Below, in pieces: positions 49,401 through 63,122 of a stretch of 64,000 nt of DNA. The notes beneath the pieces are model-generated. The model ran no database searches and was not told where the DNA came from. It saw only the letters and a list, made by a program, of their open reading frames with translations. The DNA is taken from assembly GCF_024521635.1 (NCBI RefSeq), contig NW_026250443.1:1-64000 (forward strand), written 5' to 3'. Every line of letters starts with the position of its first letter. The stretch's first letter is position 1. The stretch is from Tricharina praecox (Eukaryota). A program made the translations under genes and the position numbers.

Positions 49401-50936
49401 CCCACGCTCTGCCGACACGACCGATTGACGTCCCTGAAGAAGTGGAGCAGTAGTGAAGCTTGGTTTCCCGGCAGATGCTCGATCCGCCCCACGTATCTAG
49501 ACACGCGTAATTCGGTAGGTAATTGATTCCCAGATCCCAATCCCAATTCCCAATTCCCAATCGCGCGAAGCCATCGCGCGAAACCACCGTCCGCAACAGC
49601 AGCAGCAGCACGGACCAACTTCAGCACCGTCCGACTCCGAGCCTCAGACTCCTCAGACTCCGTCCAACTCCGCCGCACACACAGCACACACAGCACACAC
49701 ACAGCACACACACGGACGTCCGACACACACGCACACACACACGATACATACGCGTGGACTCCGCTAAGGGTTAGTGAGTCTAGTGGGATTGCTATGGAGA
49801 TATCCCAGCACAGCACCGCTCTGTGTAGAGTATGCTCCAAGGAGATAGTTCCATCGCCAGCAGCAGCGGGCGGGTGGCCAACCAGCCAGCCAACGAACGA
49901 TGCTCACTGCTGATGCTGCGGCGCCTGCTCCGCCGCATCCAGATGCTGTGAGGAATATTTATTTTTTGTGGCTGTTGTGCTGAGGATTCGCGTGTAGAGT
50001 ACAGAGAATATGCGGATGAATGGGATGGAATGTGATATGATAGGTATCATACAACGTATTGTACTTACGCAGGTGTGATGCGATGGTGTTGCTTCGCTAG
50101 TTGTAGATACCGTAGCTTTGCCTGCTTGCTGGCTCATGCTTCTCTATTCGGTATTCGCTGTACTGCCTGCTTCTTCCTGCTCCTCCTAATCCTCCTCATC
50201 CTCATCCTCCTCGCCTCGTCTGCTGCTTGGCCTGTCTTCAGTTTAGCCCACATCTCGATAACTAGCTCTGCTCTATCTACGAGTACTCCGTGGTACCGGT
50301 CCCCCCAATCCCCCCATCCCCTCCCCCCCCTTCCACCCATCCACCACCCCTTCCCCAACCCCCAATCCCGCCGCCTCCGCTGCATACATACCAAGAAAAG
50401 TACCAGCCAATCCCACCATCCCCCAACCGGTCAGTGGTCCCCACAAAACTAAAAAAACCCCCTTCCTGCCAACCCCTTCGTGCTCGCTCGCTCCTACCCC
50501 TTCCTTCCTTCCTTCTTCCTTCCCCTTCATCTTCTCTCTCCCTTCACATCTCCTCCAACCCCCAACAATCAATCCTTCTTCCTTCTTCTCTTCTGTTTCT
50601 TTCCCCCTTCCATCTTCAACTCCTACATCCCACTCCAGTTCGTTCCAATTGAGTGGTCTTCTTAATTCTCAATTCCCCGACAGCCATCTACCGCAACCTC
50701 ATCCCGACATCACCATCTAGCTCAGCTCGATCCTGTCGCGTGTTCTATCCTGACACCTAAACACACTACGATCCGAGAAACTCAATTCTACCCCTATCCT
50801 CCTCCGACTGCGATAACCGCGACTTCCATCCGCTGTGAACGCGGCGCGCCCTCCCCCCAGCTACAGAAGAACGGGCAATCCCACTTGACCCCCCTAGCGT
50901 AACCGCGAATCGCGCATCGCTCACTACACAAACGCA

Positions 50937-52799
50937 ATGGCCGCCTTCTTTTCCGGCGCACAAGCCGGAGAGAAGCTCCTGGATGCTTTCCCATCTGCCG
51001 CTACGCTGGTCGAATTGAAGGACGACAAGCTTGACGACCGGCCAAAGACGAAGACCAAGACCAAAACCTCAAAGGCGCCTGCGAACGGCAAGACGGCCAA
51101 GAATGCCACCAAAGAGGTCAAACTCAACAAGGAGCAGAGGGAGAGCGCTCAGACTACTACTCCGACAATCGCGGCGGGCAAGGTCGGTCCCGAGTGGGGA
51201 CGGTTCAACGGCGGAACGTGGCTCGGTGCTCTCGGCTGCGGTGGAATCATCCTCATCTGCCCCGTGCTCGTGATCCTGCTCCAGATCGCCTTGTTCTACT
51301 TCAACGGCTCGATCCTGAACGTGTTCCTGTCGCTGTACGAGCTCGGCCCCGTTGAGTTCACGGTTCGCTACGCGCCGAGATACTCGCAGACCGCCACCTT
51401 GGGATACGTCGCGTGGCTACTGTTCCAGGGCTTCCTCTACATGTGCCTTCCGTCCAAGATCTGCTACGGCCAGCAGACCCCCGCCGGCCACCTCCTGCCC
51501 TACCACATCAACGGACTCTACGCGTGGGCCGTCACCCACATCGCGTACTTCGCCGGCTCGTACTTTGGCCTGTTGGACCCTGCCATCATCGCCAAGAACT
51601 GGGAGGGTTTGATCATCGCGTTCAACATGTACGGTTACATCCTGCCGCTGATCGCCTACATCAAGGCGCATCTCGCGCCCACCCACAAGGATGACATCAA
51701 GTTCTCAGGATCCATGATTTACGACTACTACATGGGCATCGAGTTCAACCCCCGCATCGGTGCTTGGTTCGATTTCAAGCTCTTCCACAATGGCCGTCCC
51801 GGAATCGTGATGTGGACTTTGATGTAAGTTGTCACTTTTTTCTCTCTTTCGTTTTCCATTTTTTGCACGCGTTAGCGTCGCGGTTGAAATCGCTTGTTCG
51901 CGACGGAGTGAGATCGGATCTCGCATCTGGTTCCGTAGTTTGTTCCTAGGGAGATCTCGCGTCGTGGTGGGGGTGGGTGTAGGTTTCGTATGGATTTGGG
52001 CTGACAGGGGGCAATGTCAGCGATCTCTCGTTCGCCGCGTACCAGTATCAGCTCCACGGATTCGTCAGCAACTCGATGATCGTCGTCAACATCCTGCACG
52101 CGTTCTACGTCGTGGACTTCTTCATCAATGAGGACTGGTAACTTTCTCCGCTCTCTCGCTCGCTAGCATGGCCGCTGACAGTTTTCAAGGTACCTCCGCA
52201 CCATCGACATCTGCCACGACCACTACGGTTTCTACCTTGCCTGGGGATCCATGGTCTGGCTGCCCACCGTCTACACCCTCCAGGCTCAGTACCTCGCGTA
52301 CAACCCGTACTCGCTGTCGAACTACGCCGCCGCCGGCCTTCTCGCCACCGGAGTCTCGGGCTACGCCCTCTTCCGCGCCGTCAACTACCAGAAGGACCTG
52401 ACACGCCGCACCAAGGGCGAGTGCAACATTTGGGGCAAGAAGGCGGAGGTGATCAAAGCGAAGTACACTACCGCGGACGGCAAGGAGCACGAGACGATCC
52501 TGTTGTGCTCCGGCTGGTGGGGCGTCTGCCGCCACGCCAACTACCTCGGCGACCTCGTCCTGAGCTTCTCGGTGTGCGCTGCTTCGGGACTCGCCACCCT
52601 CGGCACCGGCGTCGATGGTCTCGATATCTGGCAGAAGGGCGGGTTCATGCTACTCCCTTGGACCTACGCCATCTTCATGACTATCCTCCTCATTCAGCGC
52701 TGCATTCGCGACGAGGAGCGCTGCAGTGGCAAGTATGGAAAGACTTGGGAGGAGTACTGCAATAAGGTCCGGTGGAGGTTGATTCCTGGCGTGTTTTAA
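50937..52799 (+). CDS. DHCR7: ERG4/ERG24-family sterol reductase of the 7-dehydrocholesterol reductase (delta7-reductase) type
   Basis: MGIEFNPRIG.WFDFKLFHNGRPGIV.WTL, YLRTIDICHDHYGFYLAWG..VWLP..YTLQ, LLCSGWWG..RH.NYLGD, RC.RDEERCSGKYG..WEEYC..V.WRLIPGVF; introns 51824-52020 and 52138-52189. Confidence 0.9.
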
Positions 52800-54092
52800 G
52801 CGTCTGGTGGCGGGTGTTGGGGATGGGCGGGCGAAGGGGACGGATGTGGGACAGATGGACGGTGTATGGTGTACAAAGGGTGAAAACCAGTGGTTGTCTG
52901 TCGGTCTGTCTGTCGGTCTGTCTGTTGGTCTGTCTGTCTGGCAATTCTGAATTCTGTCTTGGTCTTTGTTCGGTCTTTTTCGCAGTCTTAGAGCGGACGA
53001 TAGAGTTTTCATAGTGACTTTTATTATACGTCTTTTTTCCTTTCATTTTATTTTAGAGAGGATAGAGGTGAGAAGGGGGTTTGTTGGTGTGTGTTATGTG
53101 TATTCCGTCCTAATGGTTTCTTCTGTTTGGCTATGGTGGTAGGGTTCGGTCTTTGGTTTTTTGTTATGTTTGTGTTGTCTGTTTTGCCTATCTCTTGAAT
53201 TGGCTGCCCGTGAGGGCGGGTGTGAAAACCGCAATACGATTGCGATGTGTCGAAGGGTAATGCAAAAGTTCTTTGACTGTCACTGTGCAATGGCGAGAGG
53301 TGTGGGGGTGATGTGACGTGAATGTGACGACCTAGATGTGATGCTTCCCTATACAAGTACTTATGAAGGTCCATCTCGATAGGTAGTCTGATTGTATTTG
53401 CTATAGATACGGCCTGTACACACAGTAGGTACGTATCGCTCAACTCTTGGTCTCACCACTTTACCAGAGACGGGCTACCAAGACAATGTACATAGAGGGA
53501 TATTCATGAGATCTCACGCACAGCCCAGCCGCCTACCTAAGGATGCACGTATCAGAGATTCAGAGTAGCAGGCCGTGCCCACTGCCGTATAGCGGGAAGC
53601 ACTTCTCGCAATCAAATGATTACATACGCCAGTGGCCACTCAATCACCGGAATTAGATCTTTCACGTTTCAACGGTTGTCACCCGGGTCACGTCATCGTC
53701 GTGCAACACATGGGCCGAACCGTGTGCCACCCGCTTCCCGAACCGGGCACAGGTACAGGTACACGCGGAGGTACGGCCGGAGGCGCAGGAACAGGCACGG
53801 ACACGGGCATTGGCATGGCATTGGCACGATAACTAACCCACCCTCCCTTCTATATAGGCCGGCAGGCGATATCGATAAGGGACATACTTGCAGTGGGTCA
53901 GCAGTAGTAGCAGTGGCAGTGGCAGTGGCACGCAACATTGAATACCCCGCGGTGTCCAGCTCCCAGCTACACCCAGCTACACCGAGCTCCTAGCCGTTCA
54001 CTGTCTACTGTCCACTGTCCGCACCCTTCCCACACCCTTCCCCACCCATCCCTTCTTCATATCCTCACTGCCCACAACTCCCAAGTCCAAAG

Positions 54093-55857
54093 ATGTCAGC
54101 CTCAGCCTCCTCCACACCCCGCAAGCTACCGATGTCTCCCACCGATGACGACGAACACTCCTCGCCACCAGCCTCCTCCCAGTCCCTCGCCAGCGACGTC
54201 CCACCCCTCGGCGCAATCCCCGACACCTCCGTCGACCCCATCTACGCGGCCAAGGCACACGCTCTCAACGCCGCGATCCAAGAGATCGGCATGGGACGGT
54301 ACCAGTGGGGCCTGTTCTGCGTGGCGGGGTTTGGGTGGTTCGTTGATAACGTGAGCTACTCCCGTCCTGGAGGGGGGATGGAGGGTATGGTGGGGAGGCG
54401 AAAGTGGGGGAAGTGGCTGATGTGCGAGAGGGGGACTGTAGCTGTGGCCGCAAGCTACCGCGCTTATTCTGCCGGCGATTATTGCGGAGATGAGGCCGCA
54501 TAGGAAGGAGATGCTTGCGTTGGCGCAGAATTGTATGTTGTCCTTGGTTTGACAGGGGTGGGGTTAGTGGTGTGGCGGGGCTGGCTGACGGTGGTGGTAT
54601 GTGTGCAGTGGGCCTCATGATCGGTGCTTCGTTCTGGGGTGTCGGCGCGGACATCATCGGCCGGCGGTGGGCGTTCAACCTGACGCTGCTGATTGCGGGG
54701 GTATTCGGTGCGGTTGCGGGGGGTTCGTCGAGCTACACGGGGGTGGCGGTGTTTGCGGCGCTGTGGAGTGTGGGCGTCGGCGGGAATCTGCCGGTCGATT
54801 CTGCGGTGCTGCTCGAGTTCCTGCCGGGAAGTCATCAGTGGGTGCTCACCGCTATGAGCCTGTGGTGGGGGATGGGGCAGATCGGTTCGTGATCCGTGCA
54901 TGTCCACGTGGGTGCGTGCTGATGGGTGGGCGTGATGGCTGATGATGAATAGTCGCGAGTGCCGTCGCGTGGCCGCTGCTCACCCGCTTCTCGTGTCCGT
55001 CGACCGGCCGCTGTGATGCTTCGCAGAACATGGGCTGGCGGTACCTCCTCTTCACCTTGGCTGGACTGACCCTCACCATGGCCCTCCTCCGCGTCCTTTT
55101 CTTCCGTCTGTACGAGTCCCCGAAGTACCTCATGGGCCGCGGTAACGACCCCGCCGCCGCCAGTGTCATCGCCAAACTCTCGGACTACAACGGGCACCCG
55201 ACAACCTTCACCGCGGAAGCCCTGACCCGCCTCGGAACGTACCACCCTTCCTCGTCCACCTCTCACATCCGCGCCCTTTTCAGCACGCCCATGCTCTCCG
55301 CCAGCACGTCGACGATAATCCTCCTCTGGTTTCTAATCGGCACGGCCTTCCCTTTGTATAACTGCTTCCTACCCTACTTCCTCTCGCGAGTCTCAGGCAG
55401 CACCTCACAAGTCTACCGGAACTACCTAATAATCGGTGTGTGCTCTTTACCGGGCTCGCTGCTCGGTGCAACAATGATCGAGCTGCCCTCTCTCGGCCGC
55501 AAGGGAGCAATGTCTTTGTTCACGCTCGCTACAGGCGCATTCCTGTTCGCCGCGACCACTGCTCGCACGGGGACACAGCTCCTCGCCTTCAACGCCGCGT
55601 ACGCGGTCACGAGCTCCGCTATGTACGCCGTCCTGTACGCCTACACACCAGAGGTCTTTCCGACTAAGGATAGGGGCACGGGAAGCGGCCTCGCGGCGAC
55701 GGCGAATAGGATCGGGGGCGTGCTCGCCCCGCTGCTGGCTATGGCTGCAGACCTGGATACACCTGTGCCCGTGTATGTCTCCGGTTCGATGTTTTTGTGT
55801 GCCGGCGTGGTTATGTTGTGGTTGCCGTTTGAGAGTAGGGGGAAGACGAGTTTGTGA
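54093..55857 (+). CDS. MFS transporter (SV2/SVOP-like sugar-transporter clan), multi-exon
   Basis: IGMGRYQWGLF, ADIIGRRWAFN, GGNLPVD..LLEFLP, GWRYL, ESPKYL, YTPEVFPTKDRGTG, LPFESRG. Confidence 0.95.
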
Positions 55858-56684
55858 GGTGGATTGAGGGAGGGTTTGTGCGTGCGGGTACTTGCTTGAA
55901 TATGATTGTTGTATAATACCATGAAATGGCAGAGGATTGTGGATGTGGCATAACTAGGCGGGAAGTAGGCGGGATGAAGTGAATGGATGGGATCATGCGA
56001 TGGCACTCGCTTGTATCCATCTTCTACTGGATTTGTATTCGAGGTTTGTCGGATCGCTCTATGCTATGACAATAGCACGAAATGGCGTATCTCAGGAAGA
56101 GGATCTCGGACACAAGAAGTGACCGCAGCCCAGCTCTTGTGCGAGCGGAGACAGTTCGCCATGTACCTGAATTTGTACATACTACGGAGGAGGAAGGCTA
56201 CATACGGGAAACCTAACCCAGCCCAGCGACGACCACCCGCTGCCTACGAGTATCTACTATCACCAGCTACTCCGACCACGCCCTCACCAGCGAACGACTA
56301 TACTGGACCACGTACGTAACCGCTGACTGACATAAACAGAGCATCACGGAACTCTAAGTCGATCGATCGAGTGATGTAGTACCTACCTAATGAATACGCT
56401 TCACCTCCACCGCCGTGTCTGTCTGTCTGTCGATATTACTATATAATTCGTCCCTACTTACTCAGTAACGCGCAGGCGTCTGATCTGATCGGACACTTCC
56501 GCAAAGCAGCAGCTAGGTGGGTAGGTAGACTAGGTATTGAGAACATCTGCAAATCTTCGATCTCGATTCTCGAGGGATCCACTGCAGTGCAGCCTCACAC
56601 TGCACCCGTTTCCGCGTCGTGGTGTAAGTTGTAAGTATTCCCTGAATAATGTAATTTAATGGGGAACCGGCACTGCATGGTACG

Positions 56685-56766
<82 letters not shown>
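56685..56766. repeat. (TAC)n microsatellite
   Basis: Perfect trinucleotide run seen directly. Confidence 0.97.
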
Positions 56767-56767
<1 letters not shown>

Positions 56768-57729
56768 GTAGCCTTGGGCATCTATCTGGTACGTTACGTC
56801 ACTGGGATGCGTCGCGACGAGGTTGAAATGATTCAGTGTCATTGCGGATGTACATATTGTTTATTATTTGTTATTTCTGATAAATTGAAAGAGAAAAAGA
56901 ATGAAGAAAAAAACAACAGCGATCGGAAACCTTAAGACTCCTACGGCGGTCGAAAGTGAGTATTTTGCATCTCCATAAAACTGGAAAGAAAAGAAAAACA
57001 TATTCGCGATAAAAGTGAAAAAGGAAAACAGCCCCTCAGCCTTAAGATTGCTCCTCGTCCTCCCTCAGATTTCTCATCTCCATCCTCGCATTTCTCATCT
57101 CCATCTCCATCCTCGTCCATCTCCTCTACTCGCCATAAATGATAAAAAAGGAAAGAAAAGAGAAACATATCATGACAATATCACCCCGTCTGGCCCCCGA
57201 TTTCAAGCCTCTGTCCCACGCGACTTGCATCGTGCGGCCGATGTACGATTCTCTGCCCTCGCCGTGCCCTGTCCCGACAATATATGCGCTCGCCAAAGAA
57301 ATAAAGCTACGGAAGAACAGTTCACTCCTCACTGCCCCCTGCCTCTTCAACAGGTGATACCATGAAAGAAAGTGTGGGAAGGAACAGCGGGTGTGACCTC
57401 GGCTCGTCAACCTCAGCATCCTCCTCTTGTCTCAGCATCCTCCTCTTGCCTCCTCCTCCTCCTCTTGCCTCCTCTTCCTCTTGTCTCCTCCTCTTCTTGT
57501 CTCCTCCTCCCCTTTGAAAAGGTGCTGTGGGACGCAGCTGGAACTGACGTCTTGCCGACAGTTTTCGATCGATCCTTGGCTGCGGACCTTGGACGGGCTC
57601 GTTGCCAATATGTTAGGACTAGGTGTCGGGTGCGACTCTGTTCAGCCTTGCTTGTTTTGCCTGCACACTTTTACTTTGTTTTGATCGTTCCTGTTCGCTT
57701 GGGCGGTGTTTTGACGGTCGATTGCGCTA

Positions 57730-58262
57730 GGGTCACCGCATAAGACCTCCACTTGCAGGCCACTCATAAACTCGTGGACTCGAGGGCCAACGTAGTTCAT
57801 GAGATTGAGCATCTTTGACTGGGCTGAGTCCGCTGGATCCGTACAGAGTGACTGTTCCCTCTTGGAAACGAAGTTAATGGTGTTGATGAATGGTCGAATG
57901 TTCTCTCCCTTCATTCCCCCGAAGACAGGAATGACCGGAGGAGTGATCATATTCGACATTACCGTGGACACTGGTGGATTGGTCGTGGTGAGTGGGGTGG
58001 CCATCTCTGTCGATTTATGTACTGTCAACTTGGCTGATATCCTCGCCGTCGACGATTCCCGACAATCGGCGGTGTCGCCGATGCAGTATTTGATAATCTA
58101 TTTCGTAGCCAGCCAGTGCTTTATTCAATTTATCGTATCTGTCTTGAGACGGTGCCGTCTCGATGAGCGGTGGGAAGTGTGGCTCGTCGCCGAGATCGTC
58201 GCCGAGACCGCTGACTGAACTGCAGACTGGATGGAGGAAGAGTGCTTATATTGTCATACATG
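57730..58262 (-). mobile_element. Possible LTR-retrotransposon gag N-terminal remnant with LTR-like upstream segment
   Basis: IPVFGGMKGENIRPFI resembles the gag P.F.G...E...F motif; upstream minus strand has TATAAG and AATAAA. No pol seen. Confidence 0.4.
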
Positions 58263-58355
58263 TCTTCATAAATCAATGATGAAACCAAAACAGCCGATTT
58301 TGTTGTCTACGGAATACTCCCAGTTCGAATAGGCGGCCATTGGCACATAATCCGT

Positions 58356-59267
58356 CTACTTATCATCCACCCCTCCATTCCGCCCAAACCTCCCTGCCTC
58401 CTCCGCCATTACCCCCTCCCTCCACCTGAGGACGTTCTCGACCTGCTCCTGCTCCTCCTTGCTCAGGCGCTCCAGCTCCCCTGCCAACATCCCCGCCTTC
58501 GCATCCGCCACATCGACCGATCTCTTCGCCAGCTGCACGACCTGCAGCCGTCCATCCTTCAACTGGTCCACACATCTCTCGAAGGTATCATCATACCCGC
58601 CCTTCCCATCATCCCCCCAATTCTCCCCCTTCCCAGCCTTCCCCCCCTCCTCAAATTTCCCACCCTTCCCATCCTTCCCGCCCTTCTCATCATTTTCCCC
58701 CTCCTCCCATTTCCCCGCTTTCTCCTCCCTCCCTTCCCACCACCTCCCCACCCCCCTCCTTCCCTCCTTCCACCCCCCACCTCTCCGCACCCTATCCCCA
58801 GCCCCAGCGGCCCTCCACACCCCCGCCAAAACCCCCGCTACCTCCTCGCGCATCACTTCATGGCGCCTATACACCTGCGCGGCATGCGCGTGCAGTAACC
58901 TTCGGTCCTCGTCCAGCGCCGCGAGGTAGCTCTCCACCTCTGACGGGACCTCGGCGTGCAGGCTTGCGACGCGCGCAGTGATGCCGGCGTGGAGCTCTGC
59001 GCGTAAACGGTGGAGGGCGGACTGGTCGGCTAGGATTTGCCGCGAGAGGTGGTGGAGGTGTGTGGGCGGGATGGGATCCGAGGGGGTGGCGATGGGATCT
59101 AAGGGGGTTGTGGGGGAGATGGTGGTGGGGGAGGAGGAAGTGCGGGTGCGGGTGCGGGTGCGCGGGAGGAGGATGAGGGGGATGGGGGCACCGGAGATGG
59201 GGGCAGGGAGGGGGACGAGGATGGGGGAGGTGGCGTGTGGCTTGTGTGGTTTGTGGTGCTTCGGCAT
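58356..59267 (-). CDS. Hypothetical protein (coiled-coil-like segments, Gly/Lys/Glu-rich linker)
   Basis: 303-aa ATG ORF with helical, charged composition; no recognised domain. Confidence 0.5.
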   Translation of the reverse strand: MPKHHKPHKPHATSPILVPLPAPISGAPIPLILLPRTRTRTRTSSSPTTISPTTPLDPIATPSDPIPPTHLHHLSRQILADQSALHRLRAELHAGITARVASLHAEVPSEVESYLAALDEDRRLLHAHAAQVYRRHEVMREEVAGVLAGVWRAAGAGDRVRRGGGWKEGRRGVGRWWEGREEKAGKWEEGENDEKGGKDGKGGKFEEGGKAGKGENWGDDGKGGYDDTFERCVDQLKDGRLQVVQLAKRSVDVADAKAGMLAGELERLSKEEQEQVENVLRWREGVMAEEAGRFGRNGGVDDK

Positions 59268-61134
59268 GTTGCGTGTCGTGGAGGCGCGGTGGAGGTGAGG
59301 TGGGGTGGAGGCGCGATGTGGGATGAGGGAAGGGCGTGGGGTATAGGTGTACTATCAGCCGGCCGGTCAGCTTGATGTCAGCCTGCATCTTGATCATGCA
59401 TCTCGATGGGCAGATGGTGCTGCAGCCTGCAGGGGCTTGTGGAATCCTGGGGATGCAGGTTGCATGTTGCATGTTCTCCCAGGGGTCTGGCAAGTGGTGG
59501 AAGGTGCATGAGAGCGGGAGGAATCGTGGAGAATTATTGTGGAGAATTTATGCTGCTGTATTAGTGGCATATAAAGGTCACTTTGAAGCTTCGAAGGCGG
59601 AGGGTGCAGTGGGCATGATTCGTCCCGGTGATGAGTGGTGACGGGAGGGTGCAGTGTCGAATGACGGAAACGTGCATGGAACGAACAAAAACCCGGATTG
59701 AAGAATATAAAACCTCGACCACGGTCCACAGCTCGGCTGTATCCCACGTGTCGTAACGCTGGAGTTCCAAAACCGCCTCCGAAATGGCCACTCCTCGACG
59801 CACGCAGTCGCACCAGCAACACCGCGGATTGGGACTGTGACCACAATTCACATAGATAGAGTTGTTTTTTTAGCTACCAATAAACAGTTTCAATTCTATT
59901 ACGGTGGTTGTGAATCGGAATGATGGTTTACGGCACACATTCCACGCGCAAGTGCAAATCCGCGTGATTTTCACAGCTTTCCACGAGCATACTGGCCCAC
60001 CACCAGATAGAATCTTGCCCTCAACCCATACGATTCATAGGGACATGATGCAGCCGGTCTTGAAATTGCTGTCACGTAGCGGCGTCCTCCAGACCGTACG
60101 CGATCAGTGGGTTTGGGGCGCAAATGGCGACTACTCGAGGCTTTGGATTTTGAGAAGAATCTAGACACCTGGATCGGTTCAATGACTTCCCGTGACAGGG
60201 AAGTGGGCGAGGTGAAGGTCGGGATGCGATAGAGCAGTGCCGTAAAGCAAGACGGGTGAAATCTCGGCTTTCGGAACTTGTTTTGAGACGGCAGAGATGT
60301 GATTTTGGTGTCGGCCAGGTTTAAGCGAGTGATATGCCGTGTGGTGGGATTTATTCATCAGTGCGTTGTCTTTTGGAGAGTTGGTGACCATACAACGGCT
60401 TCGCCTGTGAGGTGGCAATGTGTAGATGACGATTTCCGTGCTGAACGAGGCAGATTTATATCTGGAATTTCGGCTTGCCAAAAGATGAGATCTCTTATGC
60501 CTCTTCTCGTTTATAACCTCGACCACAAGCCTGAAAACTTTCTAGAATTCACTGAATTGTAGCCAGGGGTCGAGAGAACAACACTCTCCGCGTCACTCTT
60601 TGGACTTATATCGCCTACTTTTGGAGATGTTCCAGGTTGAGTAGACTCGTGTAGTCATTTTGGAACTCAACGTCTAACTTACGATCCATGAGATAGCCTA
60701 GATTCTTCCCTGGCTCAAGGAATCCCCTGGGTTTGGCGTTGTGTGTCCAGCCGCCAGTGACGTGCTTCCAGTGATGTCCCGTGATATCATGCGGCCTCCC
60801 GTATCTGTATTTTATGCCCGCCGAGCCTCACTCGCATCTTTCCTCTTCTGGGTGTACTTGCTCGCGGCTGGACCATTTTCCGCCGAGACTGCTCTCCCTC
60901 CCTCCCTCACCTCTTCCACTCTCTCTTCACCTCTCCCACCCCGCTCCTCTCCCACTCTCTCTTCACCTCTCCTACTCCGCTCCTCTCCCACTCTCTCTTC
61001 ACCTCTCATACTCCGCTCCGCCCTCGGCCCCCTTCGCCCCCTCCCCTCTCTAATTCCCACCTTCGCTCTTTCAAGTACAGCCCGCACGACCGCTCTCCTC
61101 AAACCAAACTTCAACCGGAACATTTACCGTCAAG

Positions 61135-63122
61135 ATGTCTGGCTGGGAAGATTCTGCGGCCGTTGAGGATGGTCAGTTTTCTCCTCTCCCTCCTGCTACT
61201 CCAACCCCAGCAGTATCAATCATCGGTGTTGTTTACTCTTTGCGTCTCCCTCATCTCGCTGGATGCGCTGAGATGAGCCACTGTCGCCCTCGACTTTTCT
61301 TTGCCCGTCGCTGCTGACTCTCACTCGTTCTGCAGCTTGGGCCACGCCCTCTTCTCCTGGAGGCGACTTTAACCCTGGTCCCCCTCCCTGTGCCGGCTTC
61401 GATGCTGGCTCCCCTCCCAAAGGCGATAATAGGTCCGGTGGCTTCCGTAGCTTCGGTGACGACGACGCCGCCGCTGGAGCTGGCGGTGCCGCTGAAGGTG
61501 ACAATACCTGCCGCTAGTACGTTATCTCTCCACTTCGAACCGCATCACCGTTTGCTGACTCGCAGCAGCTGCAAGTTGGAGGGCCACATCGTCCGTGACT
61601 GTCCCACCAAGCCCGCCACCGACGGCTCCTGCTTCAACTGCGGTGAGCAGGGTCACTCCAAGGTGGACTGCACAAACCCCAAGAAGTTCACCGGTACCTG
61701 CCGTATCTGCTCCAAGGAAGGCCACGCCGGCAGGGACTGCCCTAAGAGGGGTCCTCTCATGTGCCGCAACTGCCTGGGTGATGGTATGTTCTGCCCTTCA
61801 ACCCTGTGTTCGAAGCTTTCGCTGATTAGCTCCTTGTTTAGGCCACACCGCGGTCGAGTGCACCAAGCCGAGAATGCCTAGCTACCTAGCTCATATCAAG
61901 GAGCGCGACTTGGAGGAGGCGTGGGATCTCATGAAGCAAGCGAATGACGACGATGACTTCGATGAGTTCAAGATGCACATGCTCGAGTACATCAAGGCTA
62001 GCCCTAACTTGACTCTCGACGAGCTGGAGTCGGCTTTCCGCACCCAGGAATTCCGCTACTACCTGTACGCCTTGACCATGGACGTCACCTACGACAAGTG
62101 CCTGGTCGGTATTCACGGTCAGAAGGATGCCAAGTACCTCTGGTCTCTGAACAAGAGTGCTCGCCCCCGTCGGTCCAAGGCCATCGCTCACCGCTTGGCT
62201 GCGACTCCCGAGGAGAATCTCGAGCGCCTCAAGTACGCCGGTACTCTTGAGGATGAGGTCGGACCTTTCTGTCACCAGTGCAAGGGTATGAATACTTCGG
62301 TGCCTGCCATCGATGGATTAAGACTGACCCGTGAACAGAGAAGGGCCACTGGCGTACCGCCTGCGCGGCCGAAGTTCCCGAGGACGCAATGACGAAGAAA
62401 CAGGTTATTCTCCAGTGTACTAACTGCCTGGGTCTCGATCACCGCCTGCGTGACTGCCCACTGCCTCGCAAGAACTGGGATGCTTGCAGGAACTGCGGAC
62501 AGGAGGGTCACCGCTCTACCGAGTGCGAGAACCCCCGTGTTGCCAGCGCGGATACCGAGTGTCGTTCGTGCGGCGGCAAGGGTCATTTCTCCAAGGAGTG
62601 CCCTACCCGTGCTCCCCAGGAGTGCTTCAACTGCGGGTGAGTGACGTTGTTTACGTTCTGGTGGAAGCATTCCATTCGCTGACGATTTGACAGACAGGAG
62701 GGTCACCGCAACACCGACTGCACGAACGAGAAGGTCATTAAGTGCAGGAACTGCGACGAGCGTGGTCACCACGCCAAGGAGTGCCCTAAGCCCAAAGACG
62801 TCACTCGCATCAAGTGCAACAACTGCAACGAGAGTGAGTATCGCCTACTCCGTTGCGATGGAACGATCGTTCGCTGACATTTACAGTGGGTCACTTCTCT
62901 CGCAACTGCACCAATCCGCCCGCGCCGGAGCCTGAGCCCGAAGCTGAGGAGGTCGTTTACGGTGCCCCCAAGACTTCGTCCTCCAGCGTCGAGCCGGTGC
63001 CCGTGGCTGCTTGGGACTCTGCCAAACCCGCTGCTCCTGCCGCTTCTTGGGACTCTACCGAACCCGCTGCTCCTGCCGCTGCCGGTTGGGGTGCTGAGGA
63101 GGCGACCTCCAGCGTCTGGTAA
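61135..63122 (+). CDS. Multi-CCHC zinc-knuckle nucleic-acid-binding protein (CnjB-like), multi-exon
   Basis: Many C-x2-C-x4-H-x4-C knuckles (CFNCGEQGHSKVDC, CRNCGQEGHRSTEC, CRSCGGKGHFSKEC) flanking a helical EEAWDLMKQA...DFDEFK domain; canonical introns. Confidence 0.93.

Noticed and set aside
27201..52799. Sterol-themed cluster (EGCrP hydrolase plus delta7-reductase)
   Set aside because: More than 20 kb apart with unrelated genes between; no evidence of linkage beyond chance.
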